A stretch of DNA of 64,000 nt. Origin: Obrimoposthia wandeli. Taxonomy: Eukaryota. The stretch is taken from NCBI GenBank assembly GCA_977020255.1, contig CDROCS010002642.1:124001-188000 (forward strand). Reading direction: 5' to 3'. Below are positions 40,501 to 52,500 of this stretch, piece by piece. How positions within the stretch are numbered: the stretch's first letter is position 1; each line of letters opens with the position of its first letter. Both the position numbers and the translations under genes were made by a program. The notes under the pieces are model-generated. The model ran no database searches. It saw only the letters and a program-made list of their open reading frames with translations, and was not told where the DNA came from.

Positions 40501-43500
40501 CAATATTTAAACTATCTCTACTTTCAATATTATTTCGAATATCAAATTATTTGAATTCATTCTACACTGATTTATATGTATCCACTATCTAGTTATCTAA
40601 TGTTTTACCTGTTGATTTATCAGGTTCATAGTTTCACAAATCTTTCAAAGAATCAAGTATCACATTTATTCTTTCAAACATGACATTACATGTGCCACTC
40701 ACTAATTCAATAAATTTTATCTTTTAATTCGAAATAATCTACTGTTCGTTCAATATTTGGTTTTATACATGGCAATATATACATAGTACAATCTTACCAT
40801 TATAACATTTAATATAATAATTATAGTGTTCAAATTTATGTTGTATCTCTTTATTCGGTTAGTACAGAATGTACTTTCTAGAATATTGGAAAATTTTGAC
40901 AATCCATGTTGACTAAAGTTAGTTATATTATTTTTTACTTTAATGGAATCATTATTAGAATAATTTCATGTATTATTAGAAATCGAGCATATTTTAGATT
41001 TATAAGACATTCTAGGCTTATACGGATTTGGATCTGGATGCTAAATATAAGGTTGTAAAATCTACTTTCTTTTACCTCTTTTTGGTATTGGCAGGCCCGG
41101 TTCTAGAACTTTTATGTGTGTAGGCGAGATGTATATTTGCCGCCCAAAAAAATTCAATTATTTTAAAATTGAAGAAAAATAGAAAAACAATATAACCTAA
41201 ACTTAATTATGTATATATATTTATTTAATTAGAAACATTATATAAAAACAAAAATAAACATAAATAAATTCAATTTATACCAAAATAAAACATAACGCAA
41301 ACAAATCATAATTAAAAGTGAATTTTCCTTGCTTTTAATTCTGCAAAATCTTTGACTAATTCTTCCATGTCTAATTGATCAGCAATTTCTTTTTCAATAG
41401 AAATTGTAGCTAGACCAACTAAACGATCTTGACACATTTGTGATCTCAAATATGATTTTATAATTTTTAGCTTTGAAAAGCTTCTTTCAGCACTAGCAAC
41501 TGTGACAGGCAACGTTAGCAGTATGCGAAGAGCTATAGAGAGGTTGGGGAATACTTCTAAACATTTAGACGTGTAAATGTATTCCAATACACTCTTTGGA
41601 TCGTTTTGTGAAGGATCAAGTCGTCTGCCTATAGCTTTAACTTCATCCCAAAGCTCGACTCCGTTAATATCGGATTGGCGATCAGACGTAAGCGCTAACT
41701 GCAAGTTCTTACAGCATTTCAATAATTCGTCATCCGTAAAATACATGCGGTCGATATTATAAAGAAACCCAAATAACTCGCTATATTCCGATAGTTGCGA
41801 GAATCTTTCATTTATTGCTTCAATTGCGATGTCCAATATCTGATTAAAAAAAATACTTTGAAATTTTGTTCTTGTGCTACTATCGGTTCATCACGACTTT
41901 CATATTGAAATTGTCGGCTCTTTTGCGTACGCGAATGGGTTCTTCCTCATCAAACCCTTCAAAAATTTCTAGTTCAATTGCCAATTTTTTTGCCTTTTCT
42001 ATCATTGCTGCAAATGCTTCATCACTACGATAATTGCATAAGTAAGATTTGGTAGCGTTTAAATGTTCTAAAGCTAGTGACAAATCTAAAGTTTGTGATT
42101 GCAGCATTTTGCTGACAATGTTAATTTGAAATAAAATATCATACCACAATACTAAGGAGCAAACAAATTTGAAGTTTGAAATATTTCTGGCTATTCCCTT
42201 TGCCTCTGCACGACTCTTGACTTGTGGTGCAGTTATTAATGTGTTATCTTCAGCTATTTCAATTAGTGCATCGTAAACTCCGCCAATCTGGAATCGAATC
42301 GCCCGAACGGCATCTACCCTACTTTCCCAACGAGTGGCACTTAACGGTTTTACAGTAAAATTGCTTACGTGGTTTAATAATACACTCCAACGGTGAGTTG
42401 ATGCTGAGAAAAAGTTATAAATGCCTTGAATTAGATCAAAGAATGCGACAGCCTGCAAACAACAATTAGCTGCATCGTTCAATACCAAATTGAGCGAGTG
42501 GGCACTACAAGGCACGAAAAAGCTCGTGGATTTATTTGACGAATTCTTGCTTGCACACCATTATATTTTCCGCACATGTTGGCTCCGTTATCGTACCCTT
42601 GACCTCTCATGTCATCAAGATTCACTCCTAATTCCTGCAACTTATCGATAACAACTTTTATCATATTTGCTCCAGTTGTGTCTTGTAATTCAAGAAAAGT
42701 AACGAAATGTTCAGAAACTATGACCTTAGATCTGTTTGAAGATTCAGTTACACTGATAAACCTAAAAATAACTGTCATTTGCTCCACGTGGCTTATATCG
42801 GGGGTACAATCTAAAATAAGTGAGTAATACTTTGCTTGTTTTAGTTTTGTTAAGACGTGATTTTTGATTTTAGTGGCAAGCAATTCAACAATTTCATTTT
42901 GAATTATTTTTCCGAGGTAGGTGGTGTGAATTTCAGCTGTTGTTATTCTACGAATATGTTCACTCATAATAGGATCATAGTTTCCTAAGAATTCAATAAA
43001 CTTCAGAAAATTTCCGTTATTTGGTTCGAAAAGTTTCTCACAGGTTCCTCTTAATGCTAAATTTTGTCCAGCAAGAGTCCTAATTAACGTTATTATTCTT
43101 TCAAGAACTTGTCGCCAATGTTGAGTTTCAGATTGAATGATTTTTGATTAATATCATCAATGGTAGATCCTGATAAAAGTCTTGCCTCCAGCTCTCTCCA
43201 ATTTAGATATGTAGTAGTGTGGGCACTTGATGTTTCATGTCGTTTGATAATAACAGATAGGTTTTTCCAATCTCGGCAACCGACGTTCGACGATAGGGAT
43301 GATTTATTCAAACTCAATATCTTACAGCAAAAACAAAATACAGTGTCTTTCGTAGTAGAATACACCAGCCAAGTACGTTTAATTTTATCACCGTTAGACA
43401 TTCGACGAAAAAAATGGAAACCGGAAAATTTTCTGCCTTGTTCATCTTCGGGATATGATTCTTGCATTTTTTGAATTGGGCCATTTTTTACCAGCAATAC

Positions 43501-46500
43501 TTTGATTTTACCATCTATTATTATAGGCCAGTTTGCTGGGTCATTAAAATTAGGAGGCAAATCTGTATTATTTTTGGGGTTTTGACCACTTTGATCTTCA
43601 CCATTTTCATTTTGTTGTATATCATTGACGTTCTGTAAAACATGACCAACTTCACTTAAATTGGAGATAATTTCGGCTTCATTTAAATTTTTTGGTTCTT
43701 CAGTATTTTGATTTTGAGAATCTTCACCTTCAGTAACACTATCAACATATTCTATGTTTCCGCTGCCTTCGATTGCAATTTCGTCGTTATTTGGGTTTGA
43801 AGCTGCTATAGGTGCATGTTCTTTTTCGCTTGATGAACTTTCCAAAAACTGCAATAAAGCATTCTTCTGTTTGTTAGAATTTGATTCACGTTGAAGCCTA
43901 ATTTTCTTGTATTGTGACCCAGACAAGCGCTTTCTCTTACCAGGATCCATGATGTTGTATCGTATCGGTTAAATAATTTAAACTTAAACAAACAAGTATA
44001 CTATATGATATACCTAAATTTATATATTTGATAAATTTACTTACCTACTCAATAAAATATTAAGATGAAATATTGATATTATGATACACTTGAACTGAAT
44101 ATTTCTAATTTATTACTTATAAAACTTTTTTATTATTGTTTCCTTTTCGACTTTTTAAACAAAAATGAAATATGCATACAAAAGAACGCAATATTTTTAC
44201 AGTATAAACTTGGTATTTAAATCGCGGAAAAGTCACCGCCACCTAAGCAAAAAATTCAAATTTCAAAAGCAAGAAAACCAATCATTTTAAAAGCAAGAAA
44301 ACCAATAAACCTAGATGGCATTGTAATCAACGCCATCTAGTATACGCTAGAGCTAAATAGATAATTTCATACTTAATAAACAGGAAACATAGTTACTGCA
44401 AAACAAACGAAAAATGCGAAAACATAACGAAAAATTTAAAATTTTACATGGATTTTGAAATTTATTTCGTTTCGTTTTGAAAAAGTATCAAAAATAAAAT
44501 TAAGAAAATGCCGCCCTAAAAAATTTCGAAAAAGTGCCGCCGTCGGCTATCGCCGACGTCGCCTACGCCTAGAACCGGGCCTGGGTATTGGTTCTGTTTT
44601 TTTGTTTTGTTTTTGACACGCCACCCATTATTACGTTATAACCGTAATTTACCATTTCATTAAACTTTTATGTTATAATAATTAAAAGTATAATAATATG
44701 TATTTAATATTTATTTACTTCTTGATATGTCAGTAGAAAAGAAAATTAAATATTTTGCACACTTTTAAAGTTCTTATGTAATGTAGATAATATAAAATAT
44801 AAACACTCATTGATTTTAGAAACCCATTGTGACCCTTTATAACAAAAACATCATTTCATTGAAAATCAAACTTATGTTTTTGACGTTCGCACAAAATTCC
44901 AAATAGGATTTCAAATTCTTATATTCTGGTACGTTTGGGGATAAAAGTTACGCAGAAGCTGATAAAAGTGGTGATAAACCGGAAGACAGTGAAAACTGGG
45001 ACAGGGCCGTCTTTGTTAGGCTGCAGTGAAGAATGTCGGGTATGGTACAGTGCCCATTTGACAGTTCTGAAGGAATAATGCTTAGTTGAACCAGAGAGTC
45101 CTGGCTTAAGGGAAAAGGAGCTATGGATGAATGGACATTTTGCTAGGTGTGTCTGTGTGAACTGTAGACCTTCAATTGAGTAATGAACTCATTTTTTATC
45201 TAATAACTGATATACTGAAAAATACATTTTCTATTCTATTAAAATTTCTTTTCCGTTTGTACTTCTGGTGAAAAATATCTGACAGACATTCATTTAGCAA
45301 TAAGTTAATCTCATTAAATAGTAAAAATAAAATTATGTAGACAGTTTTAATGAAGTCGATTCTTATTTAAATATCGCTCTTCAATTATCCATTAGTTGCT
45401 TTGAAAATTTTGAATTTTTGCGAATTTTCTGGGGCAGCCTTTTGTAAAGCATTTTTCTATAAACTGAGTACATTATTATTCTTTAAATTAATTTTAATTT
45501 CTTCATTTTTAATTAGTTTTTGTGTCTATTTTTCTGAAATTCTTTATGGTCTGTATACATTAGCGCTCTCTAGTTCAAATATCTAACTGATTTGGTAGTC
45601 TAGTACATTGGTTATCGTATAAAACATCAAGAGAAGAAAGAGTCTTAACAGTTTTAATCAAAACATAAAACACAAACAAATAAACATGGTCAGAAATTTT
45701 AAATAATTTTATCCTGGTGAAAAATATAATGTTGGAATCGTCCGGGAGCATCCTATATTTATGGATAAATGAGTGTTATCCAACTGGGACATTTATGCGG
45801 TGGTATAATAAGGATAAGTACAATTAGAACCTTGGTTTGGTCCAACACCCAGAGGAATCCTTAAGTCATTTAAATTTAACCGAATGTAATTATAAAATTT
45901 TAAAATTTATTTTGAGAAACATGTGAAGTTATTTGTTATTGTATATTCTTTAAGTATTACTCTGGGTTTATCCGGAAAAAAAAGTATTCACAAACCCTGC
46001 AGCTTCAGCTAGTGATAATCAATTACGTCCCAGATAAATGAGGTAATCCTCAGAACAAATAACAAATCTGGGACATCCCACCGAATCAATAACGGAAAAC
46101 TGTTGAACACTTCCCAATGAATTTTATATTTCAACTGAAATTAGCATTTAATACAAAAACATTAATAACAATAATGTATCTAATACAGTACTTATATTTA
46201 ATCAATATATAATTTATTACTTAATTGCGCTTCCTGTTTTTCATTAATCTTCGAAAAAATTTCAAAATTGTTATAGTCTCTCAAATTCATCAATAATGGT
46301 TGTAAAGATTTGGATTATAACTTTCAAATATTTCATCGGTTTGTTTGTTATTTGAGTTTTGTTTTAACCAATCTGCAGTTATCATTACTAATTAGAACAA
46401 CCCACGTTGTGGTCAGGTGGCCATTTGTCTTCTGAATCCGTTTGGAGATGCTCAAGAAGACTTCCGCACCTCGGAGATCCTGGACAATAATCTCGATGTT

Positions 46501-49500
46501 TGCTTCCGATGTGCCAACAGTGAGCTGTGCTCATTTCCTGAGCAGCTGACTCCGCCCAGCTTCCGGTTCCGCGGTGGAGACTCCCAGTACACGGACTCCT
46601 TCCATAACTTCGTGGAGGCCACTGAGGACGATCTCGAGGAAATTGAACCACCCCTGATCGAACACGAGTGAGTTTGCATTAGATAGGAATTTACAATAAA
46701 CATTCTACTGTAAGGATAATTTTGACATTTTAATTCTAACAATTTCAAGTAAAATTAAATCTAATAAAGCTGATACATATTTCAATGAAGACATTTGCAG
46801 TAGTAAATTTCGTACTAAACATTGAAATGACAGGAATATTTTGTCGATTATGGACAAAGAAGTTACTCTATCATAGCGAGAGCCTATCTCATCTGGAAAC
46901 TGGTTGACATGTTAAGAACGTTCCCCAATCGGACAGCTGCTCGCTTTTCAATGATGTATACATTAAAGAAATGCAAACTGTCAAGCGTGTTGTCTCCGAA
47001 CTACTAATAATATCAACAGAAAGTAAATAAATTTTCAGTAAAAATAGTTCTTACATTTAGCAAACCAATTCACCATCAAAAAAAAGCACAAATTGACATG
47101 TGGTTAAACTTTTAAACAAAACAAAAGGTTTAATTAAAGTAATACGAAAAAATTAAGAAATAACAGTCAAGACTGTCTTTAAGTATAATAAGACGTTCCA
47201 GTTATTAAAATTATTTATTCTGTGCACACGATAAAATGAAATAACTTTCAGTGATAATTTCTTCTGTATTATTAAAAAAACGAGGTTTCAAATATGTTGG
47301 TGAAAATATTATTATTTTAGAAAGTAAATTAACTAACATTGGTGTCTTCGATGAGAACCTTACAATGAACTATAAATTAAAAGTGACAGAACATGCATCA
47401 GTAAAATGCCTTTATACTGAGATAACTTCAACGCTAACGCATGCGATAAATACACCAAGACTTGATTTTTACAATTTTTTACTGTCTATTTGCTACCTAT
47501 CAATGCTAGAATTGAATTCAAGATCTTACTTATTAGCAGAAAAGGTAATCTCTCACAAAAACCCAAATATCTATAGGATCTTCATGCATCTTAGGGACAA
47601 CTTAAGCATGTTTGTAGATATTCATTATCTCAGTATATTCCAGAAACATATTATTTGCGGAAATTGCATCATTCCACACCATAATTCCCAATAAAAAATC
47701 ATTTTAATTTTTTCCCTCTTTGCAAATGCGGATATCAGATTAAATTAATTTAAACAAATATAGATATGTAAAGGGTGTTGGCGATATTCAGGTGGAATTT
47801 AATATAAATTATTTCAATCCATATTTACCCATGTCAGTTATAATTACAGCTACAAAGAATTAATTTATACTAATTTAATGAGTACATTGAGAATTTCTTG
47901 ATATAGATAGCTCTTTTAAAATGTTTTTTGTATACACAATATATAAGCTAAGAAGGCTTTTTTAAGACTAAACCTGTATTCTAAAAGCACAATTTTGATC
48001 CTCATCAACTTTGAGGTTAGTCCTGATATCAAGCACGTATTGAGCACCACCCAGTTGCATTCACACAGACACGGATCCAGACTAGAGGAGTGACTTCTCA
48101 ATTCATCATCCGCTGCTGTCAAAGTCCCGAACTGAGTAGTGCTGTCAGCAATCACTCACTCAATTCCAGATTAGCTATATGCCGATGTATTATGATTTTG
48201 TTGTTTATCTATCGATTGAAAACCAGGATTTAAACAATGAAATTGTTTCTTCTGCAGTAACAATTGAATGTGGAAAGGGACCGCTGTTTAGGGATCCGTT
48301 TAACAATCACGATCAGCTGCGCGAACTTTGCTGGACTGGAAAAATTGAGGTTTATTAACTTTGCCAGTGTTTTCACGTAAACCCGTAGGATAACATAGTG
48401 AAAATAGGATTTTCAATGAGTAAAAGCAGAAAGTAACAGAAACAAAATAGTATCTTTCTCTTTTCACGTTTCTCCTTTGTATCAGTTACTCTGTTGTCAG
48501 TCTCTTAGTCGATGTAGTTGTTATCGTCGTACTTCTTTTGTAGCTGTTTTTCTATCTCCTAATAGAGATTATTGTCTATGTTGATGCAATCAATCCCCGA
48601 ACGTAGGTTACGGTATTTGTGTTTGTCTCTCTCAGAATCCTAGCGTGTCTGGAGGGATTCTTTGTTGAGCCCCGTTAATCTATCAGTGGAGAATTCCTCT
48701 ATATGGGATATACACTATCTTCAAGAAAAGTTCAGAGATTAACTTTGACAACAGGCTGATCTTCCTACAGTATCTTCTAGTCAACACTTCTTTCACATCT
48801 TCCTTGGTATTTTATAGAACTGGAATGAAGATAAAACTTCTGTTAGAATAAGATAAAATTTAAAAAATTATATATATTGAATCAAAAAATTGGAGGCATT
48901 TAAAATTTAAAAATGCTCGTAAGATGCATATAGGTGCTCACTGAATCAGGCTCGTATATATCATATAAATATGTGTCCTTTTAGGAGAGAATAAATCTTG
49001 AAATCGTCTTTCATTGATCGGCAGCCACTGGAACTTTAGTAAATCTTCACTTGTACTGGCTCATTTATATTTTATAAATATAATTTAATTTAATGGATAA
49101 GGAGTAATATTAAACAATAAAGCATTTTGAAAATCAATTTTTGATGTAATAATTGCATACGTTAGCATTGTAGTTTTCTCAGAAGTAAGTTATTTTCACA
49201 TAAGATAAATATTTTTGATGACTGTATCATGTTCTTATGACTATTAATTTGACAATTCATTGTATTGTTTTCATCGAAGATTCAACCAATGTTCTTTATT
49301 TGAGTTTTAAAATTAATAATATTTGCATCGGTCTTCATGAAATTTTTTTCTTAATACGATTTCTGTAACACATAGATCCAAATAATATAGCCTCAGTCTT
49401 AATTTCATTCATCTTCAATTGTCTTAATTTCATTCTAATAACTAGAATCAAACATTGATGAATACCGCATTTAATTATTCGGAATCTGAAACAGTGATAT

Positions 49501-52500
49501 TAAATGTCACATTTGTTTGCATAAAAGTAAATAACTTTTTAACCGATTCAGCTCTTTTTCATTTATTCCAATATTTTTCTAATAATTTAATAGTATTTCA
49601 GGGTTACTATTAACACCTTTTTATATCAATTAATTGAAATTAAAGTCAATTTTATAATATAACTTATAATAACTTCGAGAACTAATATTGTTTAAAGAAA
49701 AATTTAAAAACGTAATGTGTAGTTCATATTCCAGTGCTGTTCTCCAAGTAATATATAAAATAAATTATTACTTAATTAATGAAATTAGACATAATGTTTC
49801 ATAAATGAGCACATAAGGGCTATAAATGTCACAGTTAAAACATTAATGGCTTAGAATTACCACAAAATAAAGATGATTATGATGAGGATAGTTTAAGAAT
49901 GAGTGAGTTTGCCTTGAATCGTTGATGTAGAAGTTCGGATAATGATTTATGTAAGCTATCACAATTAAATTGCAGGTGTTCTGTAGCATTGCTTGTGTTG
50001 CTAATTTTAAGTTTTTTGCTGTTTTAATTACTTAGTTAACAAAAAGAAGCCCTGTCGTTAATGAAACTTTTTTTTATTGTTTTCCTATTATCAATACTTC
50101 AAATGTGGATTTTTTTTTAATAACACTGTATCAAACAGAAACGAGTTAGCTGTAAATTATTATTTAAATAGTTAAAGTTATGACAATCGTATTTTTGTTT
50201 ATTTGCAATGATTGATGCTGAATACTGAATTTTCGAATTTGTCCGGTTTTTTCTTTCCTTGTCCATTACAAGCTAATTTCCTATGTACTGAAATTAAATA
50301 AGTTTAAAATATATGTTAATTTAGATACCTTTTGCATTTATTGGCAAGTAATATAAACTTATGCTGAATTTGATGTATGAGGAAAGAGGTCAAAACGGTC
50401 ATGTTAACCTAATAGGGACTATTGATGCGTATATGCAGCACTTACAAAAAAATACAACGCATATAAATATTTTAACTTTTTGTCAATACACACACATATC
50501 TCTGTCATAAGCAGATATTTATTCATTTGTTTTAATGATCCAACAATATTATTGTAGTTTTATTTTGGCGCAATTAATGTTTTTCCATGATGGCTGCTGC
50601 AAGAGTTGACATGCATGTATTTTATAGTTATAAACCAATAATGATATTCCCTGTCAGGCATATTGTATATTGGATTCTAACTTCCATTCTTGACGAAAAT
50701 TATTATCATACTATATATAGTATTAATAGAAAATCAATAAAATGTTTGTTGTGTATGCGCAACGCTAGGCACTTATGTAAATTATAGGCAGGATATATAT
50801 GTATTATCATATGTTTCCTTTTATTGGACAGATATAATGTACAAAATGTTCTTAATATACTATCAGCGATAGACGATGAGGAAGCAAGTATTGCAGCTGA
50901 TCCGGGTGCAAATACAGTTGACGTTACCCTAGGACTACTCGACGAAGGAGAACATGACACTGATAAGGATTCGGTTGATGACGATAACTATTTTGGAAAT
51001 TTGTCTTATTTGGGACAAGGGCTTCTCAAACCCCCATTTGAGATCGCGGGAGTCAAACATGCGAGTACAAACTCTGGTGAAACATCAAAAGCCGAAAGTG
51101 TTCCATTAAAAAGTCAAAACTCATAAAACTACATATTCTAGACTGGAAGAAAGGTCCTTCTTATCCATATTTCCTTTTGCCAAAAACTAGCAGTAATAAT
51201 GAATCATCGATAAGTCATAGGATGACTCATCGATGACTTATCGATGAGTCATCCTATGACTCATAGTCTATCACAAGACGCTGAAAATGAGTTGAAAGCA
51301 CTTGAAAATCCTATCGACTTTTTCTCTTTATTTTTTGACGTTGAAACTCTTAATTACATTGTAAAAGAAAGCAATGCGTACGCTCAACAAAATGTTGTCG
51401 TGTTACAATTGACGTAAAGAGAACTGGAGAAGGTGTTAGGCATACCGCTAGTCAGTGGATATAATACAGTACCCTCTGTCAAATTTTATTGGTCGCTTGA
51501 TGCTGACGTATCTGCAACGCTAGACATTAATGTAAGTTCGAACACTATTCTACATTAGAGTCTAACGTTGCGTATACGCAACACACTTTTATTTTCTATA
51601 CGAAGTGCATTTTAGCTAACTAAAATGTGGTTATGGGTTCCGTAGACATATAATATAAATAATTTATAAAAATATTCCAAGATTTTTTGCACTTTCGGTG
51701 CACCATCCCTAATAGGTTAAGGAAGATTTTTATTATGTTTTTGTTTTGATTATTATTATAAGTGTTGAACCCTTTTATATTCGTTTGTTGTGAACTTATA
51801 AAAAGATAACCGCAAAATTGTTAACATACGTGTACTAATTTCAATTTTGAAAATTATTAAAAATCGTGAGAAAATTGGCCAATTTGTACATAATATATTT
51901 AAAATCCCTATAATAATATCTAATATACAATATATAATATACCTAAAGAACTATTAACAAAATTTTACAATTTGAGTCATTTCAACAAAAAAAAACATTA
52001 AAAATCAAAATATGTAAGAATTGCTTCAAGAAGTTTGTAAATGTTAAAATATGCAAAGTTTCAAATGAAAAATAAGATTGATTTACTAATCCTATCACCT
52101 CCATACTGAAGAATGAAATATCGATATATTAGGAGAAAATAAACAAGACTTTTGTGTTAGAGTAACAATTGTTCACAGCTGTTAGATTTATGCTATTTAA
52201 CTAGATATGTATCTCATCTTAAATAGATAACGCTAACTTCAGTATCATTCTTAATATTTCCTGTATCATTTTTTTTAAAATTTACATTGGGAAATTAAAA
52301 GAAAAATTATTTTTTGTTGAAAGATAATGAATGAAAAAATATTTTTCACCTTCTTTGTTGGTGCAGCGTAATCGCTCTGGAAATGAAGCCTACTTTGCTG
52401 ATGCGTCTGCGACGCTGCCTCTTCTCGCGATGCTGCAAATATGAAGACGACTACATCTACCCACAAGGTAAATCGTGTCTGTTTTTTAAATTCTGCTGTA

